DNA of 64,000 nucleotides from an uncultured Nitrospiraceae bacterium (GCA_963811165.1 CAWEQH010000010.1:832001-896000), one strand, 5' to 3'; positions 31,888-41,714 are shown, counted from the first letter of the stretch. The notes: generated by a model not told the origin, from the sequence alone. Made by a program: numbers and translations.

Positions 31888-32085
31888 CTGTTCACCTCAA
31901 TGGTCTTTTGTTCTGCCGTATTGATCAAAGAATAACTCAAAAAAAACATCCCTGCAAACAAAGATACATTAATTTTTTTTAAGAAAACATCCGGCAGTCA
32001 TTCCTCTTTGTCGTCGAGACATTCTCCGACCTTTTTGAGGAGTGCAAGTTTTTGAAAAGGACGGACTTCAGGAAAAACAAGGCGG

Positions 32086-32502
32086 CTATTCGTTTTTCTC
32101 TTTTTTGGCAAGGAAAAAAAACAAGATTAAGATAGCCACATAAGTGCTCAACACAAGCGTCTCTTTCCGGAAGTCCGAGGCGTGGACATCGGGAGACAGC
32201 GCATTGAAATTGGTGACGCGGTTTATGACATTCAGACCTAGGATTGCGGCTATGCCGGCAACGAGAATCGCTTTGACCGCGTCGCGGTTCTTCTGGGGAT
32301 CAGTAGATGCCATAAACAGGAAGGCCGACCAGCCGAACGACAAAAAAGAAATGATCCTGTCTTGGTATCCATAGGAGGGCAAGTCGTAATACACGAATAA
32401 AAACGGGATCTTAATCCTTAGCATATGTGCAATTGCGATGGCCAGGAAATAGACCGCTCCGGCCAATAATAACCATCTAAGTATTGTCGTGTTCTTGCTC
32501 AT
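32086..32502 (-). CDS. Hypothetical membrane protein (about 4 TM)
   Basis: Four hydrophobic segments; GGAAGG RBS and upstream TGGTATAAT. Confidence 0.65.
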   Translation of the reverse strand: MSKNTTILRWLLLAGAVYFLAIAIAHMLRIKIPFLFVYYDLPSYGYQDRIISFLSFGWSAFLFMASTDPQKNRDAVKAILVAGIAAILGLNVINRVTNFNALSPDVHASDFRKETLVLSTYVAILILFFFLAKKEKNE

Positions 32503-32574
32503 GTTCCTTCCCAATCGACTACGCACAATTATACCATGGCAAAAAGGTGACATGTTCAGGAAATAAGTATTGTT

Positions 32575-33159
32575 CTACAACTTTTCGTCTTCTGCCTGCA
32601 AACCCTTGTCTTCTTTCAGGAACAAAAGCAAGGCGGTGGAAGACGCTATAGAAAACGAAGCAAGATAGAAAAGGTACTGAAGACCATAGACCTTCGCCAG
32701 ATACCCTCCTAAGAGAAGACCCGCTGCTGAAGAGACACTCACGATCGCATTAAACTTTCCAACGGTCTTGCCCCTCTGCTGCTTTATCGTAAGATCACCC
32801 AGCAGGGACGTGCTTACCGTCCCTACAATACCGTTTGTAACCCCCAATACGGCCTGCAGAAGGTATAGCTGATATTGTTCCTTAATCACCGTATAGAGAA
32901 AAATTACCGTTGCATCAACAAAAGCTGTGGTGATAAGGAAGGGTTTCCTCCCTAAACGATCGGAGTAGCCGCCCGCAATATAGGTGGTACCCGCCTGGAG
33001 AAGCACCATTATGCTGAAGGCCAACCCGAGTCTTTCCATGCCGCCGCTGAGCTTTGCGACCTGAAGCACATAAAAGGGGCCGATGAAGCCTAATACAATG
33101 GCCCAGATAGAGCTCACACTTGTGAATATGCGGAGATTCCTTTCATTCGTCGTGATCAA
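32575..33159 (-). CDS. Half-size MFS transporter (about 6 TM)
   Basis: MFS motif A GGYSDRLGRKP; ATGA start overlaps the rSAM stop. Confidence 0.8.
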   Translation of the reverse strand: MITTNERNLRIFTSVSSIWAIVLGFIGPFYVLQVAKLSGGMERLGLAFSIMVLLQAGTTYIAGGYSDRLGRKPFLITTAFVDATVIFLYTVIKEQYQLYLLQAVLGVTNGIVGTVSTSLLGDLTIKQQRGKTVGKFNAIVSVSSAAGLLLGGYLAKVYGLQYLFYLASFSIASSTALLLFLKEDKGLQAEDEKL

Positions 33160-34457
33160 TCGCCGGTCTCCGGCATATACTTTATTTCCTGTTTGACAAG
33201 GGTCTCAAGCGTGGCATCGAGATAAGGCTTCCTGCAATCGATCTCGTGGATGTTTCCGTCTCTGAGGACCTTCATGAACCTGCACCCCCCAAAACAGAGC
33301 GGCAGGTATTCGCAGTCGAGGCACTGCTCGTTCTTCCAGATATCAAGGGCATGAGACCCCTCAATATCCACCATCCCATCCCTGAGATTACCGGCCTCAA
33401 AACCCTTCCATCCGATAAACCCGGGGCATTTATAGATCGTCCCGTCATAATTCACCACGACATCATTTGTCAGCCCTATCATACAAGGAGAGGGAAGGAT
33501 TTTAGGGGTCTTAAAGCCCCGCTTCAGGATCTCCTCTCTAAGAAAAAGGGTGGCCCTGAATATCCAGGGCTCGTTGATCGATTCGCTTCCGTCCCTGAAT
33601 TCCGGAAGTGCAAACCTCTTCCCCGGCTTTACGACAGGATCAAATTTGACGATGAGAAACTTCTCCGGCGAAAGACCCTCTGAGATGAGATAATCAAGGA
33701 GTTCGGGAAAACTCCTATAGTTTTCCTCGGTATAGTTGCCGCCGATCTGGATGCCCAGGATGTCATATACCTCTTTAATGTTCTTTACGATCGTTTCAAA
33801 GGTCCCGCTCCCGGATTTGAAGGGCCGGAAGGCGTTGTGGTTGTCCTTTGGACCATCGAGCGTTATCTTTGCGCTTTTCATCCCCAGGGCTGCAAGCTCC
33901 TTCGCTTTAGCCTGCGTCAACAGGGTCCCGTTTGTTACGAGATTGAAGGAGTACGTAAGCCCCCTACCCTCAGCTAATGATTTCATTGTCTCGGATACCC
34001 TTTTTATATCAGGAAAGCTAAGGAGGGGCTCGCCGCCGTAGAAGTCGACATGTACGTCTTTGCCCTGAGAGAGGGCATGTTTTTCGAGAAAATCTGCCAG
34101 AAGCCCCAGGGTCTCTGAGGACATATAGTGCTTCCCTTTCATGTTTCCTTCATAGCAATAGGTGCAGCGCAGGTTACAGTCGAGGTTCATAACCACCATG
34201 GCATTGAATCTTCTTGCACGTTTATTAATGTCATCGATGAGACCGAGCATCTCCTTTTTTTCCTCATCCCTGTCAGGGACCAAAAACCCGAGCTCAAAAA
34301 GAACCTCCTGATCGGACAGCTCCAGTTCTCCCTTTTCTATTTGCTCAAGCACAGCCTTAGGCAGGAGGATCGTCGATGTCCGCCTGGTGGAATAAAGAAC
34401 CAGGTAGTCCGGATCACCCTCATAAGTATATGTCTTAATATATCTGGATAATTGCAT
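33156..34457 (-). CDS. Radical SAM/SPASM peptide maturase (geopeptide-maturase-like)
   Basis: CNLRCTYC, FYGGEPLL, TNG, ITLDG; SPASM cysteines CM..YKCPG..CLDCEYLPLCFGGC..C; N-terminal RRE-like extension. Confidence 0.92.
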   Translation of the reverse strand: MQLSRYIKTYTYEGDPDYLVLYSTRRTSTILLPKAVLEQIEKGELELSDQEVLFELGFLVPDRDEEKKEMLGLIDDINKRARRFNAMVVMNLDCNLRCTYCYEGNMKGKHYMSSETLGLLADFLEKHALSQGKDVHVDFYGGEPLLSFPDIKRVSETMKSLAEGRGLTYSFNLVTNGTLLTQAKAKELAALGMKSAKITLDGPKDNHNAFRPFKSGSGTFETIVKNIKEVYDILGIQIGGNYTEENYRSFPELLDYLISEGLSPEKFLIVKFDPVVKPGKRFALPEFRDGSESINEPWIFRATLFLREEILKRGFKTPKILPSPCMIGLTNDVVVNYDGTIYKCPGFIGWKGFEAGNLRDGMVDIEGSHALDIWKNEQCLDCEYLPLCFGGCRFMKVLRDGNIHEIDCRKPYLDATLETLVKQEIKYMPETGD

Positions 34458-34462
34458 AATCT

Positions 34463-34493
34463 TAAAAAAGAGAGGGGGAGTTGGCTCCCCCTA
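34463..34493 (-). terminator. Intrinsic terminator-like hairpin between precursor and maturase
   Basis: Minus strand GGGGGAG-CCAA-CTCCCCC followed by TCTCTTTTT. Confidence 0.7.
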
Positions 34494-34529
34494 AAGATGC
34501 ATACGTCTCAAACAGCTGCGTTCGTACGA

Positions 34530-34631
34530 TCATCCACCTCTTAACGGCAAGAAGGCCCCGTAGCAACAGACACCTAATGGCCCAGCCGAATCCTTTACTC
34601 CCTTGCTTAGTACCACTATCGCCTTCTTCAT
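34530..34631 (-). CDS. Putative RiPP precursor peptide, geopeptide-like (33 aa; not in ORF track)
   Basis: MKKAIVVLSKGVKDSAGPLGVCCYGAFLPLRGG; AGGAGG RBS; Cys-Cys motif; directly upstream of the rSAM/SPASM gene. Confidence 0.8.
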   Translation of the reverse strand: MKKAIVVLSKGVKDSAGPLGVCCYGAFLPLRGG

Positions 34632-34696
34632 TTTTCTCGCCTCCTCTCATATGAACCAGAATGCCTCCAATGGAGGTTTATATCGGACAAATATAT

Positions 34697-36607
34697 CTAA
34701 ATCTTTAGCCGCAGGCCCGCCTCGACCCATCGCCTGGGATTCCTGAAGGCATCCACTAGATATTGGGAGCCGTTCAAGATATTGTGAGCTGTAAAGAAAA
34801 ACTCCGCGTTTCCTTTCCCAAAAGAAAGGACCTTCTTATCGAGGCTGAAATCCCATATCATAGAATTATAACTGGCGTTAGCTGAAGGATCTGCGTTCCA
34901 CCAGATATAATGGCCCTTAAGCAAAGCCCTGAAAGACTTGTTGTCATTGTAATGGATCCCCACGTCATAGGTATACCTGGGGACGTTCTGCAGCTCCTCC
35001 CCGGTATCTCTATCCGTAGCATCGGTAAAGGCAACACCGGCGGAAATGGAGACGTTATAGACCGGTACGGTTTTCAGCTCGAACTCGAAACCCTGTCTTC
35101 TCTGTTTTCCCTGGTTTACAGCCCTAAATGTCCCGTCACTCAAGGTCTCATCAAAAATTGCATCCGTAATTTCATGCCTGAACGCCGTGCCCTTCAACCA
35201 GAGGTATTTCAAAGCAGTCGATTCGATGCCGGCCTGCAGAGACCATACCTTCTCCATCCTTAGATCGGGGTTCGGCACAGAGAAGGTACCCGTGCCGAAG
35301 GTGGCTGAAAGCGGAGGGGTACTGAACCCTCTTGCTCCAATGGCCCTCAGCATCGTTTTTTCACCAAGATTATAGGTCACCCCCAGGCTCGGGCTCACGA
35401 AGCCGCCGTTGGTGGTCGTGTGGTCATATCTGATGCCCGGAGTGAAGGAGAACTTCTCGACGGTCATCGTGTCATTCACAAATACCGCCCATCTGCCGAG
35501 GCTCTGTTTTCCGGCGGTAATGTTATTCGACTCAAGCTCCCCGTAGTCATAGTCAAAACCCGAGACCACATCATGCATGCTGTTTCTCCATGTAAACTTG
35601 AGGCTCCCGCCGCTGCTCTTATCATCAAAGTTGCTGCCCGAAAGGGTTTCCCCGGTACTGAGGCTGTTATTGATGAGTTCGGCATGCTGACGCGAGGTCC
35701 TCAAAGATGCATTAAGGTCTGCGGTGTCGGTAAGAGAATAATTGAACGATAGTGTAGAAAAAAGATACTCGAAGTCATTGCCGAAGGAGATATCGAAGTC
35801 GGGAAACTCCCCCTCTCCCCTTGACCCCTTGTTATAGCCGAAGGTGAAGGCGACGTTTGCCTTCGAAGAGGCATCCCATTTTAATTTCGAGTAAATATTG
35901 TTCTCATAAAAAGGGGTATTGGGCCTTAACCCGTTTGAAACGAGATTTCCGCCATAGAGGTAATAGGAAAGACTCTCCGCCTTCCCGGAGACCTCAGCCC
36001 TGTAGTCTCCCGTATTCCTCTCGCCGTAAGATGCGGAAAGCATTCCTCCCGCCTTCCGTGATCCATCGCCACCCTTTGTGATGATGTGGATTATTCCGCC
36101 CAGCGACGAACCCCAGATAGAAGAAGCCGGACCCTTGATTATCTCGATCCTATCGATAATCTGGGCAGGGACAGCGGCAATGTCGGCGAAGCTGTCGGAG
36201 AGGTTATTGAGTGTTACATCATCGATAATCACGATTGCATGCCTGAATTCCGAACCCTGAATCCGGACTGAAGCACCACTTCCGGGACCGCCCCTTGAAT
36301 CGATCTGAACGCCGGTTATGTTTAAAAGGACATCGGCCAGCGTGTGAGCGTTCATCTCCTCGATATCGCCTGCAGTAATTACGGTGATGTTCTCGGCTAC
36401 ATGGGAGATGGGCTTGGGATGCCTCGTGGGGGTCACCACGAGGTCTCTCTCTTCGTAGAACATCTGGAGCGTATTGGTTTCATCTTCAGACTGCGCCCAG
36501 GCATCGGAGATGAATGAAACAGAAAAGGCGAAAAGACAGAGGGCCAATATTCTATTTATTAATTGGTCTCTGCTTATAAAGTCTGATATAGTATTTAAGA
36601 ATGGCAT
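34697..36607 (-). CDS. TonB-dependent receptor
   Basis: Signal peptide, plug (VVTPTR..ITVITA.DI, IRIQG, IDRIEIIKGPASSIWG), barrel features PNPDL..E and NILN. Confidence 0.93.
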   Translation of the reverse strand: MPFLNTISDFISRDQLINRILALCLFAFSVSFISDAWAQSEDETNTLQMFYEERDLVVTPTRHPKPISHVAENITVITAGDIEEMNAHTLADVLLNITGVQIDSRGGPGSGASVRIQGSEFRHAIVIIDDVTLNNLSDSFADIAAVPAQIIDRIEIIKGPASSIWGSSLGGIIHIITKGGDGSRKAGGMLSASYGERNTGDYRAEVSGKAESLSYYLYGGNLVSNGLRPNTPFYENNIYSKLKWDASSKANVAFTFGYNKGSRGEGEFPDFDISFGNDFEYLFSTLSFNYSLTDTADLNASLRTSRQHAELINNSLSTGETLSGSNFDDKSSGGSLKFTWRNSMHDVVSGFDYDYGELESNNITAGKQSLGRWAVFVNDTMTVEKFSFTPGIRYDHTTTNGGFVSPSLGVTYNLGEKTMLRAIGARGFSTPPLSATFGTGTFSVPNPDLRMEKVWSLQAGIESTALKYLWLKGTAFRHEITDAIFDETLSDGTFRAVNQGKQRRQGFEFELKTVPVYNVSISAGVAFTDATDRDTGEELQNVPRYTYDVGIHYNDNKSFRALLKGHYIWWNADPSANASYNSMIWDFSLDKKVLSFGKGNAEFFFTAHNILNGSQYLVDAFRNPRRWVEAGLRLKI

Positions 36608-36674
36608 AACTTATACCGATTAAGATAACTATATAAGAAATATTGCCTCTTGTCTAGAAGCGGGGGAATTTAAT

Positions 36675-37571
36675 TTGCATAGGTATTTCATACTGATATT
36701 GCTTCTCTTAATTCCTTTCGCTCGCGCCCATGCGGACCAAAAGAGCGCGCTCATCGTCCAAAGCACAAAGATAGCGCCGTACAACGAGGCGGCCGAGGGC
36801 TTCAAGAGCAGTTGTCAGTGCGCTACAAGGGAGTTGGTCCTTTCGGATGCTGAAGGGCTCAACTTATTCAGGGAAATCCGCTCCTCCCAGCCCGATGTCA
36901 TTCTCGCCCTCGGGTTCGACGCGCTCCTTAGGCTTAAAGCGATCAAAGATGTTCCCATCGTTTATGCGATGGTAGCAAACCCTGAGTCTTTACACTTGGC
37001 GGACGCCAACATTAAGGGTGTCAGCATGAATATCGCGCCTGAAAAGCAGTTGTCCCTGCTCCGGGAAGCCTTCCCCGGCCTCCGCAAGGTAGGGCTTCTC
37101 TACAACCCTCTCAAATCCGGAGACTTCGTCGAAAAAGCAGTTGCTTCATCTAAAAATATGTCGGTAAGGATCATTGCAAAGGAGGTCCATCATCCCAAGG
37201 ATGTTCCTCTGAAAATTGATAGCCTCAAGGACAAAATAGACGTGTTCTGGATGATACCCGACTCAACGGTTTTCTCTCCTGAGACCGTAGAATATCTCTT
37301 CCTTTTTTCCTTTGAGAACAAGATACCTGTCTTGACCTTTTCGGAGAAATACCTGTCAATGGGCGCAGTAATATCTGTAAATATAGATGCAAGAGATATC
37401 GGGCGGCAGGCCGGAGAAATGGCAGCGAAGATCTTGTCAGGGGCCAATGTTAAGGATATCCCTAGTGTTGACGCGAGGAAAGCCAACGTCATGGTAAATC
37501 TGATAACGGCAAAAAAAATAGGAAGGCCCCTCAGCAATGAGACCCTTCTCAGGAGGAAGGTAATCAACTGA
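36675..37571 (+). CDS. Periplasmic substrate-binding protein (ABC_sub_bind-like), no ABC permease adjacent
   Basis: Signal peptide; PYNEAAEGFK, VPIVYAMV, VGLLYNP, WMIPDS, IGRQAGEMA and VNL.TAKKIG. Confidence 0.85.
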   Translation: MHRYFILILLLLIPFARAHADQKSALIVQSTKIAPYNEAAEGFKSSCQCATRELVLSDAEGLNLFREIRSSQPDVILALGFDALLRLKAIKDVPIVYAMVANPESLHLADANIKGVSMNIAPEKQLSLLREAFPGLRKVGLLYNPLKSGDFVEKAVASSKNMSVRIIAKEVHHPKDVPLKIDSLKDKIDVFWMIPDSTVFSPETVEYLFLFSFENKIPVLTFSEKYLSMGAVISVNIDARDIGRQAGEMAAKILSGANVKDIPSVDARKANVMVNLITAKKIGRPLSNETLLRRKVIN

Positions 37572-37572
37572 G

Positions 37573-39576
37573 ATGAAGGCTAAATTAGTCGGCGCTTTGA
37601 GAAAAATGGGCCAGAGTTTCGGCACAAAGGTATTTCTAAGGTTGACTATTCTCATTTTAGTCATCACAACCGGTTTCACCGCTTTTTTTCTTTATGAACA
37701 AACCAGGACCCTCAAACAAGGTATCAGAAACGAGGGTGAGCTGTTTGCGCAGCTTGTTGCACAAAGCCTGAGACTTAGTATCTTCTCCGAAAGCACGGCG
37801 CTCATGGAAGACGTCCTCAAAACATATCTCGAAAATAAAAAGGTCATGTCGGTCACGGCCTTTAACTCCGAAGGGAAAATTCTTATCAAGAAATATGGAC
37901 CTCTCGGTCCCTCTTCGATACATCCGCCCCCGGATGAATATCAGGTCGCACAGGTCCTCAAAGGGCTGAGAGAGACCCATGCGCAGTTTTACTACAGGGA
38001 TTTACCGAACACGTTCGAGATCTGGACTCCCGTGCTTTCGGGGCTTTCCTACGCCAACGAGGAGTCCATGTTTTTTGCCGAGGCCAATCCCGATGTGAAA
38101 CGCATAATAGGCTACGTCAGGATAGTTTTGGACAAGAGCATGCTGAACAGGCAGCAATCACTGCTTTTGGTAAAGGGGATAGGTATATGTCTGGTCCTTC
38201 TTACCTTCATCCCGGCTGTCTTCTATTTCATGGTAAAAAAAGTGACGAAGCCGCTCAACAAGCTTACCGAAAGCGTGCGTGCCATAGAAGAAGGGGCGGC
38301 AGTGGAACCCCTCCCGATCGAGACGAACGACGAAATAGGAAAGCTCGCCCTTGCCTTCAATGAAATGGCGGATTCACTCAAAAGAAAAGAGACGGAAAAG
38401 CAACAATTGGAGGGACAGCTGAGGCAGGCACAGAAAATGGAAGCGATCGGAACTCTCTCGGGTGGAATCGCCCATGACTTTAATAATATCCTGTCGGCTA
38501 TAGGCGGGTTTGGCCATCTTATAGGGATGGGGGTCCAGCATGACGACCGATTAAAGTCCTATGTGGGGCGAATAATGTATTCCGTAGAAAAAGGGGCCAC
38601 GCTTACTCACAGCCTGCTGGCTTTCAGCAGAAAACAGCTGATCAAAGTTCAGCCGGTAAAGATTAATGACGTCGTCTTATCAGCGGAGAAAATTCTTATG
38701 CGGTTGATCGGCGAGGATATAGAATTCAGGACGCGCCTTATCAACAAGGATTTGGTCATTATGGCAGATACGGGTCTGTTAGATCAGGTGCTTATGAACC
38801 TCACCACAAATGCACGGGATGCGATGCCCGGCGGAGGAATTCTCACCATAGCAGTTGAATATGTCGAATTTGAAGAGCAGACCGGCATAAAAAAGCCGGG
38901 GCGTTACGCCCTCTTGTCCGTCTCTGATACCGGTGAGGGGATAAACGAGGAAAACAAGAAACGGATATTTGATCCTTTCTTTACGACGAAGGAAGTCGGA
39001 AAAGGCACCGGTCTCGGCCTCGCTATGGCATATGGGATAGTCAAGCAGCATGAGGGCTACATCGAGGTCGAAAGCGAGGTTGGGAAAGGGACTACCTTCT
39101 ATATATATTTACCCATATATGAAAGACTCGTTGAGGAGAAAGTGCCGCATGAAGGAAGAAACTTTTCAGAGCAGCGACAGCGACCCCGGAGTGGTGAAAC
39201 CGTTCTTCTCGCAGAGGATGACGAAGACGTCAGAGGCCTTTCAAGGCGCATCCTCGAGATGGATGGATATACCGTGATAGAGGCACGGGACGGAGAGGAA
39301 GCGGTCTCCGAGTTTATCAAGAATAAGGATAAGATACACTTCCTCCTTTTTGATTTAGTGATGCCTAAGAAAAACGGATACCGGGCTTACGAAGAAATCA
39401 GACAAGTGAACCCCGACATTAAAGCCCTCTTTATAAGCGGTTACTCGGCAAACATTATATATGAAAAAAAAATCCTCCAAGAAGCCATAAATTACGTGTC
39501 AAAGCCTATTTTGCCGGACATTCTTCTGAAAGAGGTCAGAAAAGTGCTCGACGGCGGGCAATCAGATTTGCGATAG
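37573..39576 (+). CDS. Membrane HAMP hybrid sensor histidine kinase/receiver
   Basis: Two TMs, HAMP (PL..L..NDEIG.L..AFNEM), GGIAHDFNN, GKGTGLGL and C-terminal receiver. Confidence 0.93.
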   Translation: MKAKLVGALRKMGQSFGTKVFLRLTILILVITTGFTAFFLYEQTRTLKQGIRNEGELFAQLVAQSLRLSIFSESTALMEDVLKTYLENKKVMSVTAFNSEGKILIKKYGPLGPSSIHPPPDEYQVAQVLKGLRETHAQFYYRDLPNTFEIWTPVLSGLSYANEESMFFAEANPDVKRIIGYVRIVLDKSMLNRQQSLLLVKGIGICLVLLTFIPAVFYFMVKKVTKPLNKLTESVRAIEEGAAVEPLPIETNDEIGKLALAFNEMADSLKRKETEKQQLEGQLRQAQKMEAIGTLSGGIAHDFNNILSAIGGFGHLIGMGVQHDDRLKSYVGRIMYSVEKGATLTHSLLAFSRKQLIKVQPVKINDVVLSAEKILMRLIGEDIEFRTRLINKDLVIMADTGLLDQVLMNLTTNARDAMPGGGILTIAVEYVEFEEQTGIKKPGRYALLSVSDTGEGINEENKKRIFDPFFTTKEVGKGTGLGLAMAYGIVKQHEGYIEVESEVGKGTTFYIYLPIYERLVEEKVPHEGRNFSEQRQRPRSGETVLLAEDDEDVRGLSRRILEMDGYTVIEARDGEEAVSEFIKNKDKIHFLLFDLVMPKKNGYRAYEEIRQVNPDIKALFISGYSANIIYEKKILQEAINYVSKPILPDILLKEVRKVLDGGQSDLR

Positions 39577-39679
39577 CTATTTTTTTTTAGGGGGGGTTGT
39601 CAATACTACAAAATAATTCTTGGTGACGGTTTAAAAAGATCTTTTCAGCAACTAACTCCCTGATATTCAGAAAAGGCAA

Positions 39680-39770
39680 TGGCGGAGAGATAGGGATTCG
39701 AACCCTAGGTGCGGGATTAGCGCACACACGATTTCCAGTCGTGCACCTTCGGCCACTCGGTCATCTCTCC
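39680..39770 (-). tRNA. tRNA-Ser (anticodon GGA)
   Basis: Reverse complement GGAGAGATG..CACGA-CT-GGA-AA-TCGTG..long variable arm..GGTTCGAATCC..CTCTCCGCCA. Confidence 0.97.
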
Positions 39771-40036
39771 AAAGCCCTTAAAAGTGCAGAAAACCTACTG
39801 AAGAGTATAACATAACTTCCGACTGATATTTCAGGCAATTTTAATCATTTTCCTGCCAAATTCAACCGGGCAAGACATTTAAAGACGCTATTTAAATTAT
39901 CAAGACGAAATCGATCCAACCATCGGACAATGAAAGGTGATTCTCGCGCAGACAGCCTCTTCTCTAAATTGACAACTTTCACACAGAAGGAATCAGAATG
40001 ATAAACGTGCGAAGTTATTTCCGCATCATATGTCTT

Positions 40037-40070
40037 GAAAGGAGCGCAGACAAATCTCCGCGCTCCCTTT
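40037..40070 (-). terminator. Hairpin downstream of the 40086 gene
   Basis: GGAGCGC..GCGCTCC stem flanked by A/T runs. Confidence 0.5.
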
Positions 40071-40085
40071 AGTCCAGAGCAGTCA

Positions 40086-40445
40086 TCAGCAACGATTTAT
40101 TCCGGCCGCTCCAAGATCGATCTCATCCGCAATGTAGGAGCCGTCACCCCGATCAAAATAGGATACTGTCACCTCATCCCCTATCTTAAGGCTGGTAAAG
40201 GACTCGGACATGCTGCACTTCATCACCGCTCCGTTGTCATTCAGATTAAACGTAAGTTCATCATTCGGACCTGCCTGCACAGTTACAATTTTGTCGTGAT
40301 TGTCCAGGGCCACTATTTTTCCCGTGTAGCTGAATGGTGAGCTACCGCCACCTGAAAACGCAGCAGCTTGATATGCAAACGCCATAACAAATAGCGCGCT
40401 TACTACCATCACCAACATTATTGTTAAAGCTTTTTTATCTGACAT
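40086..40445 (-). CDS. Secreted hypothetical protein (OB-fold/DUF5666-like)
   Basis: Signal peptide; GKIVALD..IVTV and LKIGDEVTVSY; GAGGTG RBS. Confidence 0.6.
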   Translation of the reverse strand: MSDKKALTIMLVMVVSALFVMAFAYQAAAFSGGGSSPFSYTGKIVALDNHDKIVTVQAGPNDELTFNLNDNGAVMKCSMSESFTSLKIGDEVTVSYFDRGDGSYIADEIDLGAAGINRC

Positions 40446-40942
40446 TATTTTCACCTCTTTTCGTCTTGCTCATCTTACCGACTAATAGCATCAATTCGAT
40501 ATATCACTTACCTCACCCATAATTTATTGCAGGTTGCATACTTTAGCAACAGAGCAACCATCTTCTTTGGGTTCAATCCCGGAAAGAATCTGGCCTATAA
40601 GCGCGGAAAACGTCTTTTCTTAGTAAGATTCTGCATTTTAACCGGTAAATTTCAATTATTTGCACTGAAAACTCTTCATGCTGATCTGCGTTTTCATCGA
40701 AGAATAAGGCGTTGTCCTTTAAGAATAAAAACGTTGGCATAATAATATCGTTTGACATGGCAGTAAGGAATCAGTTGAGAGACGGGTATTGGCAAGGGAG
40801 CTCCTAACTTAAAGCAAAATTGATTGGATGCACAGCGAAATACCGCCGGCATGTGGCATAATAATAAAAAGTCATATTGCAGCATCCCGCTCAGAAGGCA
40901 TATGCGACAACGGGAGAGGACGGCATTGCACTGGAGACAAAC

Positions 40943-41476
40943 GTGATTGGGATGAGAAGTTTTGAGGGATATCTTCCGGTAATTTTGCCGACAGTTCTCC
41001 TGGCCCTGCTCTTTAGTTTACTTTGCGGATGCTCAAACCGAAAAGTCATTCTCAAAACTGGCCAGGCAGCGCCGGTCTTTGTGCTCTCCGATATGAAGGG
41101 GAATAAGGTTAGGGTCCCCGAAGACATAAAAGGCAGGGTAGCCGTCATCCGTTTCTGGTCCGACTCCTGCAAGTCCTGCGCCGAAGAAATGCCCCAAATA
41201 GAAAAGGTGTACAAAAAGTACACGGACAAGGGGTTGGTCATCCTTGCAGTTAATATTGGACAGGACAGGGGTGAGGTAGCCAAATTCGTAAATGGCATCA
41301 ACATCTCATATACGGTTCTTCTTGACCCCGGCGTCGTTGTTACAATGCGTTACGGAGTGACTGTTCTGCCCACGACATTTATCATCGACAGGAATGGTAC
41401 GATAAGACAGAAGATCCTGGGCGAAATAGGTACAGAGACTTTTGAGAAGATGGTGCTGGAGCAATTAAAAAAATAA
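40943..41476 (+). CDS. TlpA/ResA-type thiol:disulfide oxidoreductase lipoprotein
   Basis: Lipobox LCGC, APVF.L, FWSDSCKSCAEEMP and LPTTFIIDRNG. Confidence 0.9.
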   Translation: MIGMRSFEGYLPVILPTVLLALLFSLLCGCSNRKVILKTGQAAPVFVLSDMKGNKVRVPEDIKGRVAVIRFWSDSCKSCAEEMPQIEKVYKKYTDKGLVILAVNIGQDRGEVAKFVNGINISYTVLLDPGVVVTMRYGVTVLPTTFIIDRNGTIRQKILGEIGTETFEKMVLEQLKK

Positions 41477-41714
41477 CAGGTCAAGGAGGTTTATATGTTT
41501 TCCAGGTACCTCATTGCAATAATTTGCCTTGTCGTCTTCGCAGTATCTCTAGTTGCCGCCGCAAGAAAGCCGGTTAAGCCGCAGGGTAAAAGCAATCAAA
41601 AATATAAAATCCCAACTTTTCTCATTTTTCCTTCCTCCATTTTGGCATATACAGAATTCTTATCATGTTTCTGCCTCATTATCAAGAAACTTATTGCGCC
41701 TCTTTGGTCTTTTC

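Noticed and set aside
34462..34650. 62-aa ORF from the track as the RiPP precursor
   Set aside because: It has no RBS and runs through the terminator; the nested 33-aa frame has the RBS and CC motif.
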